In this document: positions 16,337-26,056 of the stretch, one piece after another | Numbering within the stretch: position 1 is the first letter of the stretch | Layout of the letters: each line of letters starts with the position of its first letter | NCBI GenBank assembly: GCA_016212665.1 | Contig: JACREZ010000033.1 | Span: forward strand, 7,533 to 71,532 | DNA: 64,000 nucleotides | Direction of reading: 5' to 3' | DNA from: Ignavibacteriota bacterium | Lineage (GTDB): Bacteria; Bacteroidota; Ignavibacteria; UBA10030; SZUA-254 | Program-made: the position numbers and the translations under genes | The notes under the pieces: model-generated | Database searches by the model: none | What the model was told of the DNA's origin: nothing | What the model saw: the letters and a program-made list of their open reading frames with translations, nothing else

Positions 16337-19210
16337 CTAATGCGCTTCAAACCAATTCCTTCCGGCATTAATTTCCACTTCGACCGGCACGGAAAGAGGA
16401 AGCGCTTCTTTCATTCCTTGAATAATTAACTTCTTCCCTGCCTCAACATCGTTCTTGGAAGATTCAAAAACCAATTCATCGTGAACTTGCAGTAACATCT
16501 GAATCTTCAATCCTGAATCAATAATCATTTTATGAATTCGAATCATTGCAAGTTTAATCATGTCTGCCGCCGTTCCTTGAATCGGCATGTTAATCGCCTG
16601 ACGTTCTGCGTTGCCGCGAATGCTTTGATTTTTATTATTGATGTCGGGAAAGAATCGTCGGCGACCGAGAAGCGTTGAAACGTATCCCGTCTGTCGTGCT
16701 TGCGCAATCGTTGCATCAATATACTGTCGCACGTTCGGGAAGCGTTCGAAATATTTAGCAATAATTTCTTTCGCTTCCGACTGAGCGATGTCCAACCGGT
16801 TCGCCAACCCGAAGGCGCCAATGCCATACATGATTCCGAAATTCACTTCCTTCGCTTTTCGCCTCATGTCGCGAGTAACATCAGAGAGATTTACGCCAAA
16901 CACTTTTGCGGCAGTCGTTGCATGAATATCTTCATGATTGTTGAATGCATCCTTCAACCCTTCATCACCCGAAACATGCGCCATCACACGCAATTCGATT
17001 TGAGAATAATCGGCAGAAATAATCAGCCAATCAGGTTTGCCGGGAATAAACGCTTTCCGAATACTTCTCCCGATTTCCGTCCGAATGGGAATGTTCTGTA
17101 TGTTCGGGTCGCTGCTTGAGAGTCGCCCGGTCGCGGCGATTGTTTGATTAAACGACGTATGGACACGCCCCGTTTTCGGGTTGATTAATGTCGGCAGTGC
17201 ATCAACATACGTTGACTTTAGTTTTTGAAGTTGACGCTGTTCCAACAATTTTTCGATGATGGCATGTTGATGTCGCAACGTTTCGAGAACAGCAACATCG
17301 GTTGAATATCCGGTCTTCGTCTTCTTCACCGGCGGGAGTTTGAGTTTATCGAAGAGAATTTTTCCAAGTTGCTGAGTCGAGTTGATGTTGAACTTCTCCC
17401 CTGCGTCATGATAAATATCTCTCGTCAGGTTTTCGAGCATCCGTTCGAGTTCTTTCGATAAATCAGAAAGAAATTGTGTGTCGAGTTTGACTCCGGCAAG
17501 TTCCATGTCTGTCAGAACCGGCACTAAAGGGAACTCTACCTCTTCGCACAGTTGTAACAGATTCTGTTTCTCCAACTTCTGTTGTAACGTTTCATACAAA
17601 CGAAATGTGATGTCAGCATCTTCGGCAGAATACGTTGCGACTTTCTCCGACTCAATCTCCCAAAGTTCCTTCCGGTCTTTTCCTGTTCCGACCAAATCAT
17701 CATACGAAATTGTTTTGTAGCGGAGATGTTCTGTCGCCATGTCGTCCATGTTATGTTGTCCGTCGGGACGCAAAACATAATTAGCAACCATCGTATCGAA
17801 TTCGATTCCCTCAACGTTCACTCCATGCGATGCAAGCACGAGCACATCGTACTTGATATTTTGTCCGACCTTTTTGATTTTGGGATTCTGAAATATCGGA
17901 GAGAGTTTATTAAGAACAAGGTCGGCTGGTAACCCTTCCGTGATTACGGATTGCGGATTGTCCTGCCCGCCTGCGGCTGGTGAAATTTTGGATTGATTTT
18001 CTGATTGTTCGAATAAACCAAATCCAACATTATCAACTTGTAACTTTTCACTCTTAACTTGTAACTGTACCGGAACGTAATACGCTTCTCTCGCCTTCAC
18101 CGAAAATGACATTCCCACAAGTTCCGCTTTCAGTGCATCGGTTGATGTTGTTTCCGTATCAAACACGAACAACTTCGATTTTGAAAGAACGCTGAGAAGT
18201 TGAGCAAGTTCCTTTTCTGTTTTGATGATGTGATGAACATGTTCATCGGTTTCAATGGTCGCTTGTTCAAGTTCAGCAACATCAAAACTGACATCTTCCT
18301 GAACCTGAATGGAGAGATTGGAAAGTTTTCTCAACAACGATTTGAATTCCAACCCGGAGAGAAGTTTGATGAGTTTTTGATTATCGTGCGGTTGAGTTTT
18401 CAAATCCTTGATTGATGCTTCAATCGGAACTTTTGTTTCGATGGTGACAAGTCGTTTGGAAAGAAGTGCAAGTTCGCGATTGTTTTTCAGTTTCTCCCGA
18501 ACTCCTTTTGCGGAAATCTTCTCAACGTTCTCCAACAAATTCTCAATCGTTCCATACTCGCGGATAAGCGGGATAGCGGTCTTCTCCCCGATGCCCGGAA
18601 CGCCCGGAACATTATCGGACGAATCGCCGATAAGACCGAGAACTTCAATGACCTTCTCAGGCTCAACACCGAATTTCTGCATCACGCCGGTTTCATCCAC
18701 AATTTCCCATTCGTCACCGCTCTTTCCCGGCTTGAAGATTTTCACCAACGGCGAAATCAATTGCATGAAATCTTTATCGCTCGTGACCAGATAGGTGAGA
18801 ATCCCTTTTGCTTCTGCTTGCTTCGCCAACGTTCCCATGATGTCGTCCGCTTCGTAGCCGGGAAGTTCGAGCGACGGGACGTTGAACGCCTGCACAACTT
18901 CTTTCAGCTGTTCCAACTGAGAAGCCATGTCATCAGGCATTTTTTCGCGGGTGGCTTTGTACGGTGTGTATTCTTTGTGCCTGAATGTCGGTTCTTTCGT
19001 ATCGAACACGACGGCGATGTACTCCGGCTTTTCTTCTTCTAAGATTTTGATGAGCGTATTCGTGAATCCGAAAATAGCGCTTGTGTTTTCTCCTTTTGAA
19101 TTTGTCAGAGGTCGGGAGATGAAACTGAAATATGCGCGGTACGCGAGCGCCATTCCATCAAGAAGAAAGAGACGGGGAAGATTTGATGAAGTTTGAAAAG
19201 TTGTGAACAT
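16337..19210 (-). CDS. polA: DNA polymerase I (5'-3' exonuclease, 3'-5' exonuclease-like and polymerase domains)
   Basis: 957 aa. LFLLDGMALAYRAYF (5' nuclease), FDTETTS (exo I), and polymerase motifs SADYSQIELRVMAH, RRKAKEVNFGIMYG, QVHDELVFE. Confidence 0.95.
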   Translation of the reverse strand: MFTTFQTSSNLPRLFLLDGMALAYRAYFSFISRPLTNSKGENTSAIFGFTNTLIKILEEEKPEYIAVVFDTKEPTFRHKEYTPYKATREKMPDDMASQLEQLKEVVQAFNVPSLELPGYEADDIMGTLAKQAEAKGILTYLVTSDKDFMQLISPLVKIFKPGKSGDEWEIVDETGVMQKFGVEPEKVIEVLGLIGDSSDNVPGVPGIGEKTAIPLIREYGTIENLLENVEKISAKGVREKLKNNRELALLSKRLVTIETKVPIEASIKDLKTQPHDNQKLIKLLSGLEFKSLLRKLSNLSIQVQEDVSFDVAELEQATIETDEHVHHIIKTEKELAQLLSVLSKSKLFVFDTETTSTDALKAELVGMSFSVKAREAYYVPVQLQVKSEKLQVDNVGFGLFEQSENQSKISPAAGGQDNPQSVITEGLPADLVLNKLSPIFQNPKIKKVGQNIKYDVLVLASHGVNVEGIEFDTMVANYVLRPDGQHNMDDMATEHLRYKTISYDDLVGTGKDRKELWEIESEKVATYSAEDADITFRLYETLQQKLEKQNLLQLCEEVEFPLVPVLTDMELAGVKLDTQFLSDLSKELERMLENLTRDIYHDAGEKFNINSTQQLGKILFDKLKLPPVKKTKTGYSTDVAVLETLRHQHAIIEKLLEQRQLQKLKSTYVDALPTLINPKTGRVHTSFNQTIAATGRLSSSDPNIQNIPIRTEIGRSIRKAFIPGKPDWLIISADYSQIELRVMAHVSGDEGLKDAFNNHEDIHATTAAKVFGVNLSDVTRDMRRKAKEVNFGIMYGIGAFGLANRLDIAQSEAKEIIAKYFERFPNVRQYIDATIAQARQTGYVSTLLGRRRFFPDINNKNQSIRGNAERQAINMPIQGTAADMIKLAMIRIHKMIIDSGLKIQMLLQVHDELVFESSKNDVEAGKKLIIQGMKEALPLSVPVEVEINAGRNWFEAH

Positions 19211-19217
19211 AAACTAT

Positions 19218-19910
19218 TTAACTTTCCATACTGATAGTTTCTTTTATCCTCTCAAGAAATTTATAAAAACTATCAGTTAATTTTCCAGGCGCGTTTGTAA
19301 AACTTCCTCCTCCATAGCCACCGACAATTGGATGATAAAATCCCGTCCTCATAATTCTAATTAGTGCTGAATCTATTTCATCTTCGGTCATATGATAAAT
19401 TGATAGTAATCTTGCATTTAATTTTTCCCTTATAATCGCGCTCTTTTCAACTACCTGATAAGGAAGTAGAGAAGATCTCTGAGTATGTTCCTTTTCAATA
19501 TCTGCAAGTATTATTAGAAAATCAATCTCTCTCCAACTTAATTCGTCAATTATGGCAAGGTACTCTTCATATTCATCTATTGAATAATTTTCAAGTGATT
19601 CTCTTTTGCCAAAATTTAAAAGTAGGCGGGCAAATAATTGTATTTTTTCAGATCTGTATGCCCGTAATACAGCGTTAACTGTCGCGAAGTATGCATGAAG
19701 AAAATCTACTTCTTCAATTATTTCTATACTTAATTCTTTTTGACCTTTTCCTAATTCATCAAAAAATATTCTGAGTTTTTTTTCTTGAAGTTTCTGTAAA
19801 TGTGTTGTAAGAGCAGCATCTACAGCAGCGATAGGTGTAATCAATTGCGCGAGACCGCGCACCAGAGGAGATTCTTGATAAATTTCTTTTAATCTTTCTA
19901 CCGTATTCAT
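19218..19910 (-). CDS. hypothetical all-helical protein, AT-rich; candidate partner or effector of the upstream HerA-like ATPase
   Basis: 230 aa. 16 nt after the ATPase stop and 7 nt before the polA start. I cannot name a family confidently. Faint resemblance of EKIQLFARLLLNFG...LSWREIDFLIIL to Abi_alpha/DUF4393-type proteins. Confidence 0.45.
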   Translation of the reverse strand: MNTVERLKEIYQESPLVRGLAQLITPIAAVDAALTTHLQKLQEKKLRIFFDELGKGQKELSIEIIEEVDFLHAYFATVNAVLRAYRSEKIQLFARLLLNFGKRESLENYSIDEYEEYLAIIDELSWREIDFLIILADIEKEHTQRSSLLPYQVVEKSAIIREKLNARLLSIYHMTEDEIDSALIRIMRTGFYHPIVGGYGGGSFTNAPGKLTDSFYKFLERIKETISMES

Positions 19911-19926
19911 GGCTCCCTCCTCTTTA

Positions 19927-21516
19927 TTAGGCTCTGATTTGCCGCCACCAATTTTGCACTACATCCTGAACAATTGTTTCAGCATCGCGCTTTTTCCATT
20001 TTTCGAAGTACATGATGTCGGCGCCGCCGGGTTCGGGGTTAGGCTTATCGAGCATGACGCGCACGGGAATTGCGACCGAATCACCAATGATGAACGCCTC
20101 ACCTTGCCGAAGTGTCGGCAGAACATCAATAAAATTCGCCTGAGATTCGGGGACGAGTTTGCGAACATACTGTTGGTCGTTCGGGTTGAGTAAACGCATC
20201 GCCACGAAGTTGTTGCACTGTGCAGTTATCGTCTCGGAAATTTCCGCCGGTCGTTGACTTACAATCATACTGCTGACGCCATACTTTCTTCCTTCTTTTG
20301 CAATTCGCTCGACCGTCTTTCGTGCGGCAGATGCGCGTCCGCTTTGCATCAAATAGGTATGTGCTTCTTCAAACACAATCAGCATCGGAAAATCGCGGCG
20401 CGCTTTGTTCCACAAATTGAAATCATAAATTACTCTGCCGAGCAGAGAAACAAGTACGTTGATAACATCAAACGGGACACGACTTAAATCCAGAATTGTT
20501 ATTGTTTTATTCCCTTCAAGTCCAAGCATTTTTGTCAGCAACTGAGAAAATGTTTCCGACGAGTTGTATGTTTTCGGTTTGAACATGAACTCGTATCGTT
20601 TGTCCATCAACTTACTTTCCAACCGAACGAGAAACCGGGTGAATTGTCCGTAGAACGGTCCCTCTTTTCCGCTCAATGTTCGTTCCGTATCAAGCGCTTT
20701 CATTCGTGCGCTGACATCAAGGAAACCGAAATACACAGGTGTGTCTATGGTGATGACATCTTTCATCGTCGGGTTCTTCGCCTTCTTCGAATCCATGACT
20801 GCTTCTTTCAGCACCATCATTTGATTACTTGCCGACGCTTCTGTTTCGTCAATAAATGTTTCGACAAGTTCTTCAAAGTTCATCAGCCAATACGGAAGTT
20901 CAAGTTCCGTAATCTTGATAATGTTTTGGTCGGGAAACGCGTGTGCATATTCGCCGTGCAAATCCAAAATCATGACATGAGAATTTTCAAGCGAAGAGAC
21001 TTTTTGAATGATTGTGGAAACAGTATATGATTTCCCTGAGCCGGTCGAACCGAACACAGCAATGTGTTTCCCGAAAAATTTGTTCGGGTCAATGTACAAC
21101 TGTTCTTTATCAAACAGCGAGAGGGGACCAAGCGAAAAATTAAATGCACGATAGGTTGAAAAAACCGCTTCCAAATCTTTCCCTGTGGTGGCATAAATCG
21201 GACTTCCGATGACGGGCAATGCTGTAACACCTCGCTCGAACTTTCCATTCTTCAACGTTCCGAGCGGTTGAATAACAAGAAACCGCTTGCCACTGAAGTT
21301 TTTTTCAGGCGCACCGAGTCCTGAATCATACATGGAAATAATAGTGCCGATAATCATTCTCCCGGCTTCAGGGAGAAGCACATACGAACCGACCTGCCCG
21401 ACACGGTATTGTTCCTGTTCGTTCCCCGAATCAATGACTACATCGTCATTTAATACACCTTCAATTTTTCCTGTGCTGATTGAAAATATTGAACCGATAC
21501 TTTTTGCTTCGTTCAT
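19927..21516 (-). CDS. HerA/FtsK-superfamily (DUF87-type) ATPase
   Basis: 529 aa. N-terminal small-barrel region, Walker A AVFGSTGSGKSYTV, Walker B MLIVFEEAHTYL, VSSMIVSQRPAEIS, and a C-terminal GEAFIIGDSVAIPVRV. Confidence 0.8.
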   Translation of the reverse strand: MNEAKSIGSIFSISTGKIEGVLNDDVVIDSGNEQEQYRVGQVGSYVLLPEAGRMIIGTIISMYDSGLGAPEKNFSGKRFLVIQPLGTLKNGKFERGVTALPVIGSPIYATTGKDLEAVFSTYRAFNFSLGPLSLFDKEQLYIDPNKFFGKHIAVFGSTGSGKSYTVSTIIQKVSSLENSHVMILDLHGEYAHAFPDQNIIKITELELPYWLMNFEELVETFIDETEASASNQMMVLKEAVMDSKKAKNPTMKDVITIDTPVYFGFLDVSARMKALDTERTLSGKEGPFYGQFTRFLVRLESKLMDKRYEFMFKPKTYNSSETFSQLLTKMLGLEGNKTITILDLSRVPFDVINVLVSLLGRVIYDFNLWNKARRDFPMLIVFEEAHTYLMQSGRASAARKTVERIAKEGRKYGVSSMIVSQRPAEISETITAQCNNFVAMRLLNPNDQQYVRKLVPESQANFIDVLPTLRQGEAFIIGDSVAIPVRVMLDKPNPEPGGADIMYFEKWKKRDAETIVQDVVQNWWRQIRA

Positions 21517-21525
21517 GATATACCC

Positions 21526-22758
21526 TTATTCAACTCGTTTGATTGTAACAATTGTTTTGTCGTCTGCATGCTCGGAAGACGCGCTGTATGTTTGCACATC
21601 TTCGAGCAGCAATCTCGTAATATCTTTGGCAGAATTTTTATGATGCTTTTCCATCTGCTCAACGATGCGTCGTTCACCATAAAACTCGCCCTGCTCGTTG
21701 CGCGCTTCGGAAACCCCATCCGTGTACAACAATAAAATATCCCCTTTGTTCATCAAAATATTTTCTGTTTTGAATGTCGCTTCGGGAAACGGACCGAGCA
21801 TTTGCCCTGTTGTCTCTAAAAACTCATGACTTCCGGTTTGATGACGATAAACAATCGGATGATTGTGTCCGCAGTTGGCGAACAACACCAAGCCGTTTTT
21901 TGCATCAGTTAATTCACAATAAAAAAGAGAGACGAACTGCTCTTCGGAAAATGTTTGATGAACAAGCGCGTTGATACGTGACAACAGAGAACCGATTTTA
22001 GTTTGAAATGCGAAACCCATTCGCAACGCGCCAGAGACATACAACGCCTGTGCGGCGGCAGAAAATCCTTTGCTCGCTGCGTCGCCGATAACTACACCGA
22101 GACGTTCCGTATCCTGCTCGAATTGAAGATAATCAAAAAAGTCACCGCCAACAACCAAATCAGCAAGCGAAACGCCGTACAATTCGTACTTGTTAAATCG
22201 CATTTCGTGTTGCGGTAAAATGCTGCGTTGGATTTCCCTTGCTTTATCCATTTCGGCTTCGAGTTTGCGCGCTTGCCGTTCAATTTTCTTTCCGCTCAAA
22301 GCTGAGTTCAACGCTGCGCTAATAATGTTGAGCGTCGAGGTGAGATTTTCGTCAATATTATCCGCATTGAACGCCATCATGTAGCGATACAAGGTTTTGC
22401 CGCGCCACTGAATTTTTTCGCCAATCCCCGTTGCAGAATATTTCAAAATGCCGCGCTCGCGTAAATATTTGTCGTGTTCCTTCGCGAGAACGGTTCGCAC
22501 CTGAGCGAGTTCGGAAAATATCGGATAGTCTTTTACCTTCACACGGAAGTTCGCGCGGATACGCTCGATTTCCCCGTCTTGAAATATCAGCGCATACGTC
22601 CCCGTTTTCGAATCGAATCTCCAAAGCCGTCCCCCCTTCATGCTTATTTCTTCATTCCTGATGACGGCTTGCAGGACGTTCTTCAACAACTCTTCCTCGT
22701 TCGTAAATGAGCGGGAAGCGATTGTTTCGATTGTGCGATAGAGTTTTCGTATTTGCAT
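21526..22758 (-). CDS. GAF-like / PP2C (SpoIIE) serine phosphatase
   Basis: 410 aa. AREIQRSILP...VGGDFFDY...GDAASKGFSAAAQALY...YTDGVSEA...DDKTIVTI. Confidence 0.85.
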   Translation of the reverse strand: MQIRKLYRTIETIASRSFTNEEELLKNVLQAVIRNEEISMKGGRLWRFDSKTGTYALIFQDGEIERIRANFRVKVKDYPIFSELAQVRTVLAKEHDKYLRERGILKYSATGIGEKIQWRGKTLYRYMMAFNADNIDENLTSTLNIISAALNSALSGKKIERQARKLEAEMDKAREIQRSILPQHEMRFNKYELYGVSLADLVVGGDFFDYLQFEQDTERLGVVIGDAASKGFSAAAQALYVSGALRMGFAFQTKIGSLLSRINALVHQTFSEEQFVSLFYCELTDAKNGLVLFANCGHNHPIVYRHQTGSHEFLETTGQMLGPFPEATFKTENILMNKGDILLLYTDGVSEARNEQGEFYGERRIVEQMEKHHKNSAKDITRLLLEDVQTYSASSEHADDKTIVTIKRVE

Positions 22759-22779
22759 GAAATGAATGGATTGAGTGGA

Positions 22780-23640
22780 TTATACTTGTTGCTCGGCATG
22801 ATACGAACTGCGAACAAGCGGACCGGATTCGACATGCTTGAAACCTAATTCTTTTCCGACAACTTTGTAGCGATTGAATTCATCCGGATGAACGAAGCGA
22901 GCAACCGGTAAATGTTCTTTTGTCGGTTGAAGATATTGACCGATAGTGAGAATGTCGCAGTTGATTGCAGATAAATCTTTCATCACATCAACCACTTCAT
23001 GTTCCTCTTCACCGATGCCAACCATCAATCCGGTTTTCGTGAGGAAACCGCGACGCTTCGAACGTTGGAGTAATTCGAGTGAACGTTCATATTTCGCCTG
23101 CGGTCTGACCGTTGTGTACAATCGCGGTACTGTTTCCATGTTATGATTCAACACATCGGGAAAAGCATCGAGAACAATATCGAGGGCGAATTCGTCTCCT
23201 CGAAAATCCGGAATCAATACTTCGACGCGGGTTCCGGGATTTACTGCACGAACCTGTTTGATTGTCTCAGCAAAAATTTGTGCGCCTCCATCGAACAATT
23301 CATCTCGGTTGACAGAAGTTATGACTGCATGTTTCACTCCCATCAATTGAACTGCCTCTGCAACACGTCGCGGTTCATCCGCATCGAGTTCCGTCGGTTT
23401 GCCGGTTTTCACTGCGCAGAAACCACAACTCCGTGTGCAAACATCACCGAGAATCATAAACGTCGCTGTTCCATGATTCCAACATTCGCCCATGTTCGGG
23501 CAACGCGCCTCTTCACACACAGTATGAAGTTTTCGTGTTTCCATCAATCCCTTCAGGCGCGAATAGTTTTCACCTCCGGGGAGTTTGGCTTTTAGCCACT
23601 CCGGTCTTCGTGGCTTTATTTCCTCAATCAACAATGTCAT
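22780..23640 (-). CDS. lipA: lipoyl synthase
   Basis: 286 aa. CEEARCPNMGECW and radical-SAM CTRSCGFCAV cysteine clusters, then ...SSYHAEQ. Confidence 0.95.
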   Translation of the reverse strand: MTLLIEEIKPRRPEWLKAKLPGGENYSRLKGLMETRKLHTVCEEARCPNMGECWNHGTATFMILGDVCTRSCGFCAVKTGKPTELDADEPRRVAEAVQLMGVKHAVITSVNRDELFDGGAQIFAETIKQVRAVNPGTRVEVLIPDFRGDEFALDIVLDAFPDVLNHNMETVPRLYTTVRPQAKYERSLELLQRSKRRGFLTKTGLMVGIGEEEHEVVDVMKDLSAINCDILTIGQYLQPTKEHLPVARFVHPDEFNRYKVVGKELGFKHVESGPLVRSSYHAEQQV

Positions 23641-23655
23641 AAATTCTAATATCGA

Positions 23656-23688
23656 ATTTCAAAATCCTAAACAAATCCGAAATACTAA
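23656..23688. repeat. left arm of the 33-nt inverted repeat bracketing the four-helix-bundle gene
   Basis: ATTTCAAAATCCTAAACAAATCCGAAATACTAA. The reverse complement of 24053-24085 matches at 32 of 33 positions. Confidence 0.9.
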
Positions 23689-23982
23689 TTACTCATCCTT
23701 ACCGGATGATTTTTCTAATATCGCGCCAAATATTTTCATTAACTCAGTAGATTCCTGTATAAGTTTTTCTTTCACTTCAATAAATTGTCCTTCACAAGTA
23801 ATTAGTCGTAACCAATACCGAGTCTCCTTCGCTTCCTTCTTACTAATTTTGATGTGTAAAAGGAAATCCTTTTTGCCGAGTGATTCATTCGCTTCAATAT
23901 AATTTGCGCCAACTGAACCCGACGACCGTACAACCTGTTTACAATATTCGATATTCGGAATAGTTTTAGGAATTACATTCAC
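23689..23982 (-). CDS. four-helix-bundle protein (23S rRNA intervening-sequence protein family)
   Basis: ...SSGSVGANYIEANESLGKKDFLLHIKISKKEAKETRYWLRLI is the family signature. Homology to helix 1 (KKYDLEERTEKFASQVVQFV) continues upstream of the GTG in frame to about 24051 with no ATG/GTG/TTG. Confidence 0.75.
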   Translation of the reverse strand: MNVIPKTIPNIEYCKQVVRSSGSVGANYIEANESLGKKDFLLHIKISKKEAKETRYWLRLITCEGQFIEVKEKLIQESTELMKIFGAILEKSSGKDE

Positions 23983-24052
23983 GAACTGAACAACTTGCGA
24001 TGCAAATTTCTCGGTACGCTCTTCAAGGTCATATTTCTTGGGGGTTTCGATT

Positions 24053-24085
24053 TTAGTATTTCGAATTTGTTTAGGATTTTGAAAT
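24053..24085. repeat. right arm of the 33-nt inverted repeat bracketing the four-helix-bundle gene
   Basis: TTAGTATTTCGAATTTGTTTAGGATTTTGAAAT. See the left arm at 23656-23688. Confidence 0.9.
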
Positions 24086-24098
24086 TAGAATTTCGGAT

Positions 24099-25433
24099 TT
24101 AAAGAACCTGAGTTTCATCAAAATTCTCAAGTTCCTTTACAATTGCATCCATAAACGAACCGCCAAGTGCGCCATCAACGGTGCGATGGTCAAACGATAA
24201 CGTGAAGTATGACATGGAACGAATGGCGATTGCATCATTGATGACAACCGGGCGTTTCTTAATCGCACCGATTCCGAGAATTGCAACTTGTGGTTGACTG
24301 ATAATCGGAATCCCAACCATCGTTCCGAATACACCGTAGTTTGTTATCGTGAACGTGCCACCTTCAATATCGGCAGGTGTGAGTTTCTTCGTGCGTGTAC
24401 GCGTAGCCAAATCGTTGATAGCGCGTGCCATGCCGATGAAGTTTTTCTCATCGGCATTTTTAATAACAGGAACAATTAACCCGTTTTCCGATGCGACTGC
24501 CATTCCGAGATTGATGAACTTCTTCAAAATAATTTTATCACCTTCTATAGAAGAATTGACAAGTGGATATTTCTTCAACGCTTTCACAATCGCATCGCAG
24601 ATGAACGGCATGTAGGTCAGCTTGAAACCTTCACGCGCCTCAAACGCAGCGGTGTGCTTTCTCCTGTAATTATCTACCTTCGTCATGTCACATTCGTGAA
24701 TTGCCTGAACGTGCGGTGATGTGTGAACGCTCTTCACCATGTGGTCTGACATTTTTTGCAAGATATTGCTCATCTGCAAAATTTCGTACTGCGGCGCAGG
24801 ATATTTTTTGAGAAGTTCTCCTGCATCAACATGTTTCAACGATGTTTCCAATCGTGGCGCAGATGGCGCAGTCGAAACGGTTGGGTGTGCAGATATAGTC
24901 GGTTGCACAACGACAGTTCCCTTTTTCTTCGCATCAACATACGCGAGAATATCCTTCTTTGAAACACGTCCACCTTCACCGGTTCCGGGAAGTTGTTCAA
25001 GTTCGCTCATCGAGATTCCTTCTTCACGTGCGATGTTCAGAACAAGCGGAGAATAAAATCTACCTGTCGCGGGTTTTGCTTGTGAAGATACAACAGGTGA
25101 CGCACTTGGTTGTTTTGATTCAGCAACAACCGGTTTCGCTTGTTCAACAGGTTGAGAGACCTTCGGTGTTTCGGCAGAGCCTGATGCAGACTCATCCGTA
25201 TCAATTTCTGCAATCACGGTTCGGACTGCTACTGTTTTTTGTTCTTCAAACAATAATTTAGTAACGACACCTCCAACAGGAGATGGAATTTCCGAATCAA
25301 CTTTGTCGGTGGAAATTTCAAGAAGCGTTTCGTCCTTCCTGACTTTATCTCCCGGTTTTTTGTGCCATTTTACAATCGTGCCTTCGGTAAGACTTTCGCC
25401 CAACTGCGGCATTACAACTTCTACTTTTGCCAT
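24099..25433 (-). CDS. 2-oxoacid dehydrogenase E2 component (dihydrolipoamide acyltransferase)
   Basis: 444 aa. Lipoyl domain (EISTDKVDSEIPSP), PSBD (SPLVLNIAREEGISMSEL) and a catalytic domain ending LSFDHRTVDGA. Confidence 0.9.
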   Translation of the reverse strand: MAKVEVVMPQLGESLTEGTIVKWHKKPGDKVRKDETLLEISTDKVDSEIPSPVGGVVTKLLFEEQKTVAVRTVIAEIDTDESASGSAETPKVSQPVEQAKPVVAESKQPSASPVVSSQAKPATGRFYSPLVLNIAREEGISMSELEQLPGTGEGGRVSKKDILAYVDAKKKGTVVVQPTISAHPTVSTAPSAPRLETSLKHVDAGELLKKYPAPQYEILQMSNILQKMSDHMVKSVHTSPHVQAIHECDMTKVDNYRRKHTAAFEAREGFKLTYMPFICDAIVKALKKYPLVNSSIEGDKIILKKFINLGMAVASENGLIVPVIKNADEKNFIGMARAINDLATRTRTKKLTPADIEGGTFTITNYGVFGTMVGIPIISQPQVAILGIGAIKKRPVVINDAIAIRSMSYFTLSFDHRTVDGALGGSFMDAIVKELENFDETQVL

Positions 25434-25453
25434 GATGGTTTCCTAAAACTTTC

Positions 25454-26056
25454 TTATGCTAATGATTTTTTCTTTCGTGCTTTATCAAACACAGGCATAT
25501 ATGCCTTGTCGTTTATTTTTGAAAACTCCTTCAGCGTCTGTTCGACAAACCGAACTTTGTATTTCGGTTTCTTCGAGAGTAATGCCCGTGCTTCATGAAA
25601 ATCTTTTTCTTCGCCGGAGACAACTTTCTGTATGAGCATATCTTCAAGCGACATGAATTTGACAGTATAATTATTGATGACAACTTTGAGCGAACGACTT
25701 GACACTCCCTCTTTTTCAAAGGGCGAATCGGCAAAGATAAAGTCAACCCGCGTTCCTGTTCCTTCGTTGATTGTCGGAAGCACATGCGTTTGCCTGACAA
25801 AATTGGCTGGAGAACGAACCATAATCCGCAATTGCATTTTTGCTAATAATTTTTGAAGCGTCGTTCGTTGTTCAACTCCGACACCGAGCGAAATATCAAC
25901 ATCGCTATTGAACGGTTCGACACCATGCAGTTTCATCGCCTGTCCACCCGACACCATGTACGAAATTTTCGCGCTGTCAAGCACAGTGGCAACCTCAACA
26001 ATAACAGGATTAAAATCCATTTGTAATTTCTTTTCTTTCATATCAATATGCTGCAA
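25454..26056 (-). CDS. minimal nucleotidyltransferase (MNT)-fold protein, accessory cassette
   Basis: 200 aa in the track. Internal ATGs at 26041 or 26020 avoid overlap with the E1 beta stop. SGGQAMKLHGVEPFNSDVDISL fits the GG..(x)..G..R.T.D.D nucleotidyltransferase motif. Confidence 0.55.
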   Translation of the reverse strand: MQHIDMKEKKLQMDFNPVIVEVATVLDSAKISYMVSGGQAMKLHGVEPFNSDVDISLGVGVEQRTTLQKLLAKMQLRIMVRSPANFVRQTHVLPTINEGTGTRVDFIFADSPFEKEGVSSRSLKVVINNYTVKFMSLEDMLIQKVVSGEEKDFHEARALLSKKPKYKVRFVEQTLKEFSKINDKAYMPVFDKARKKKSLA

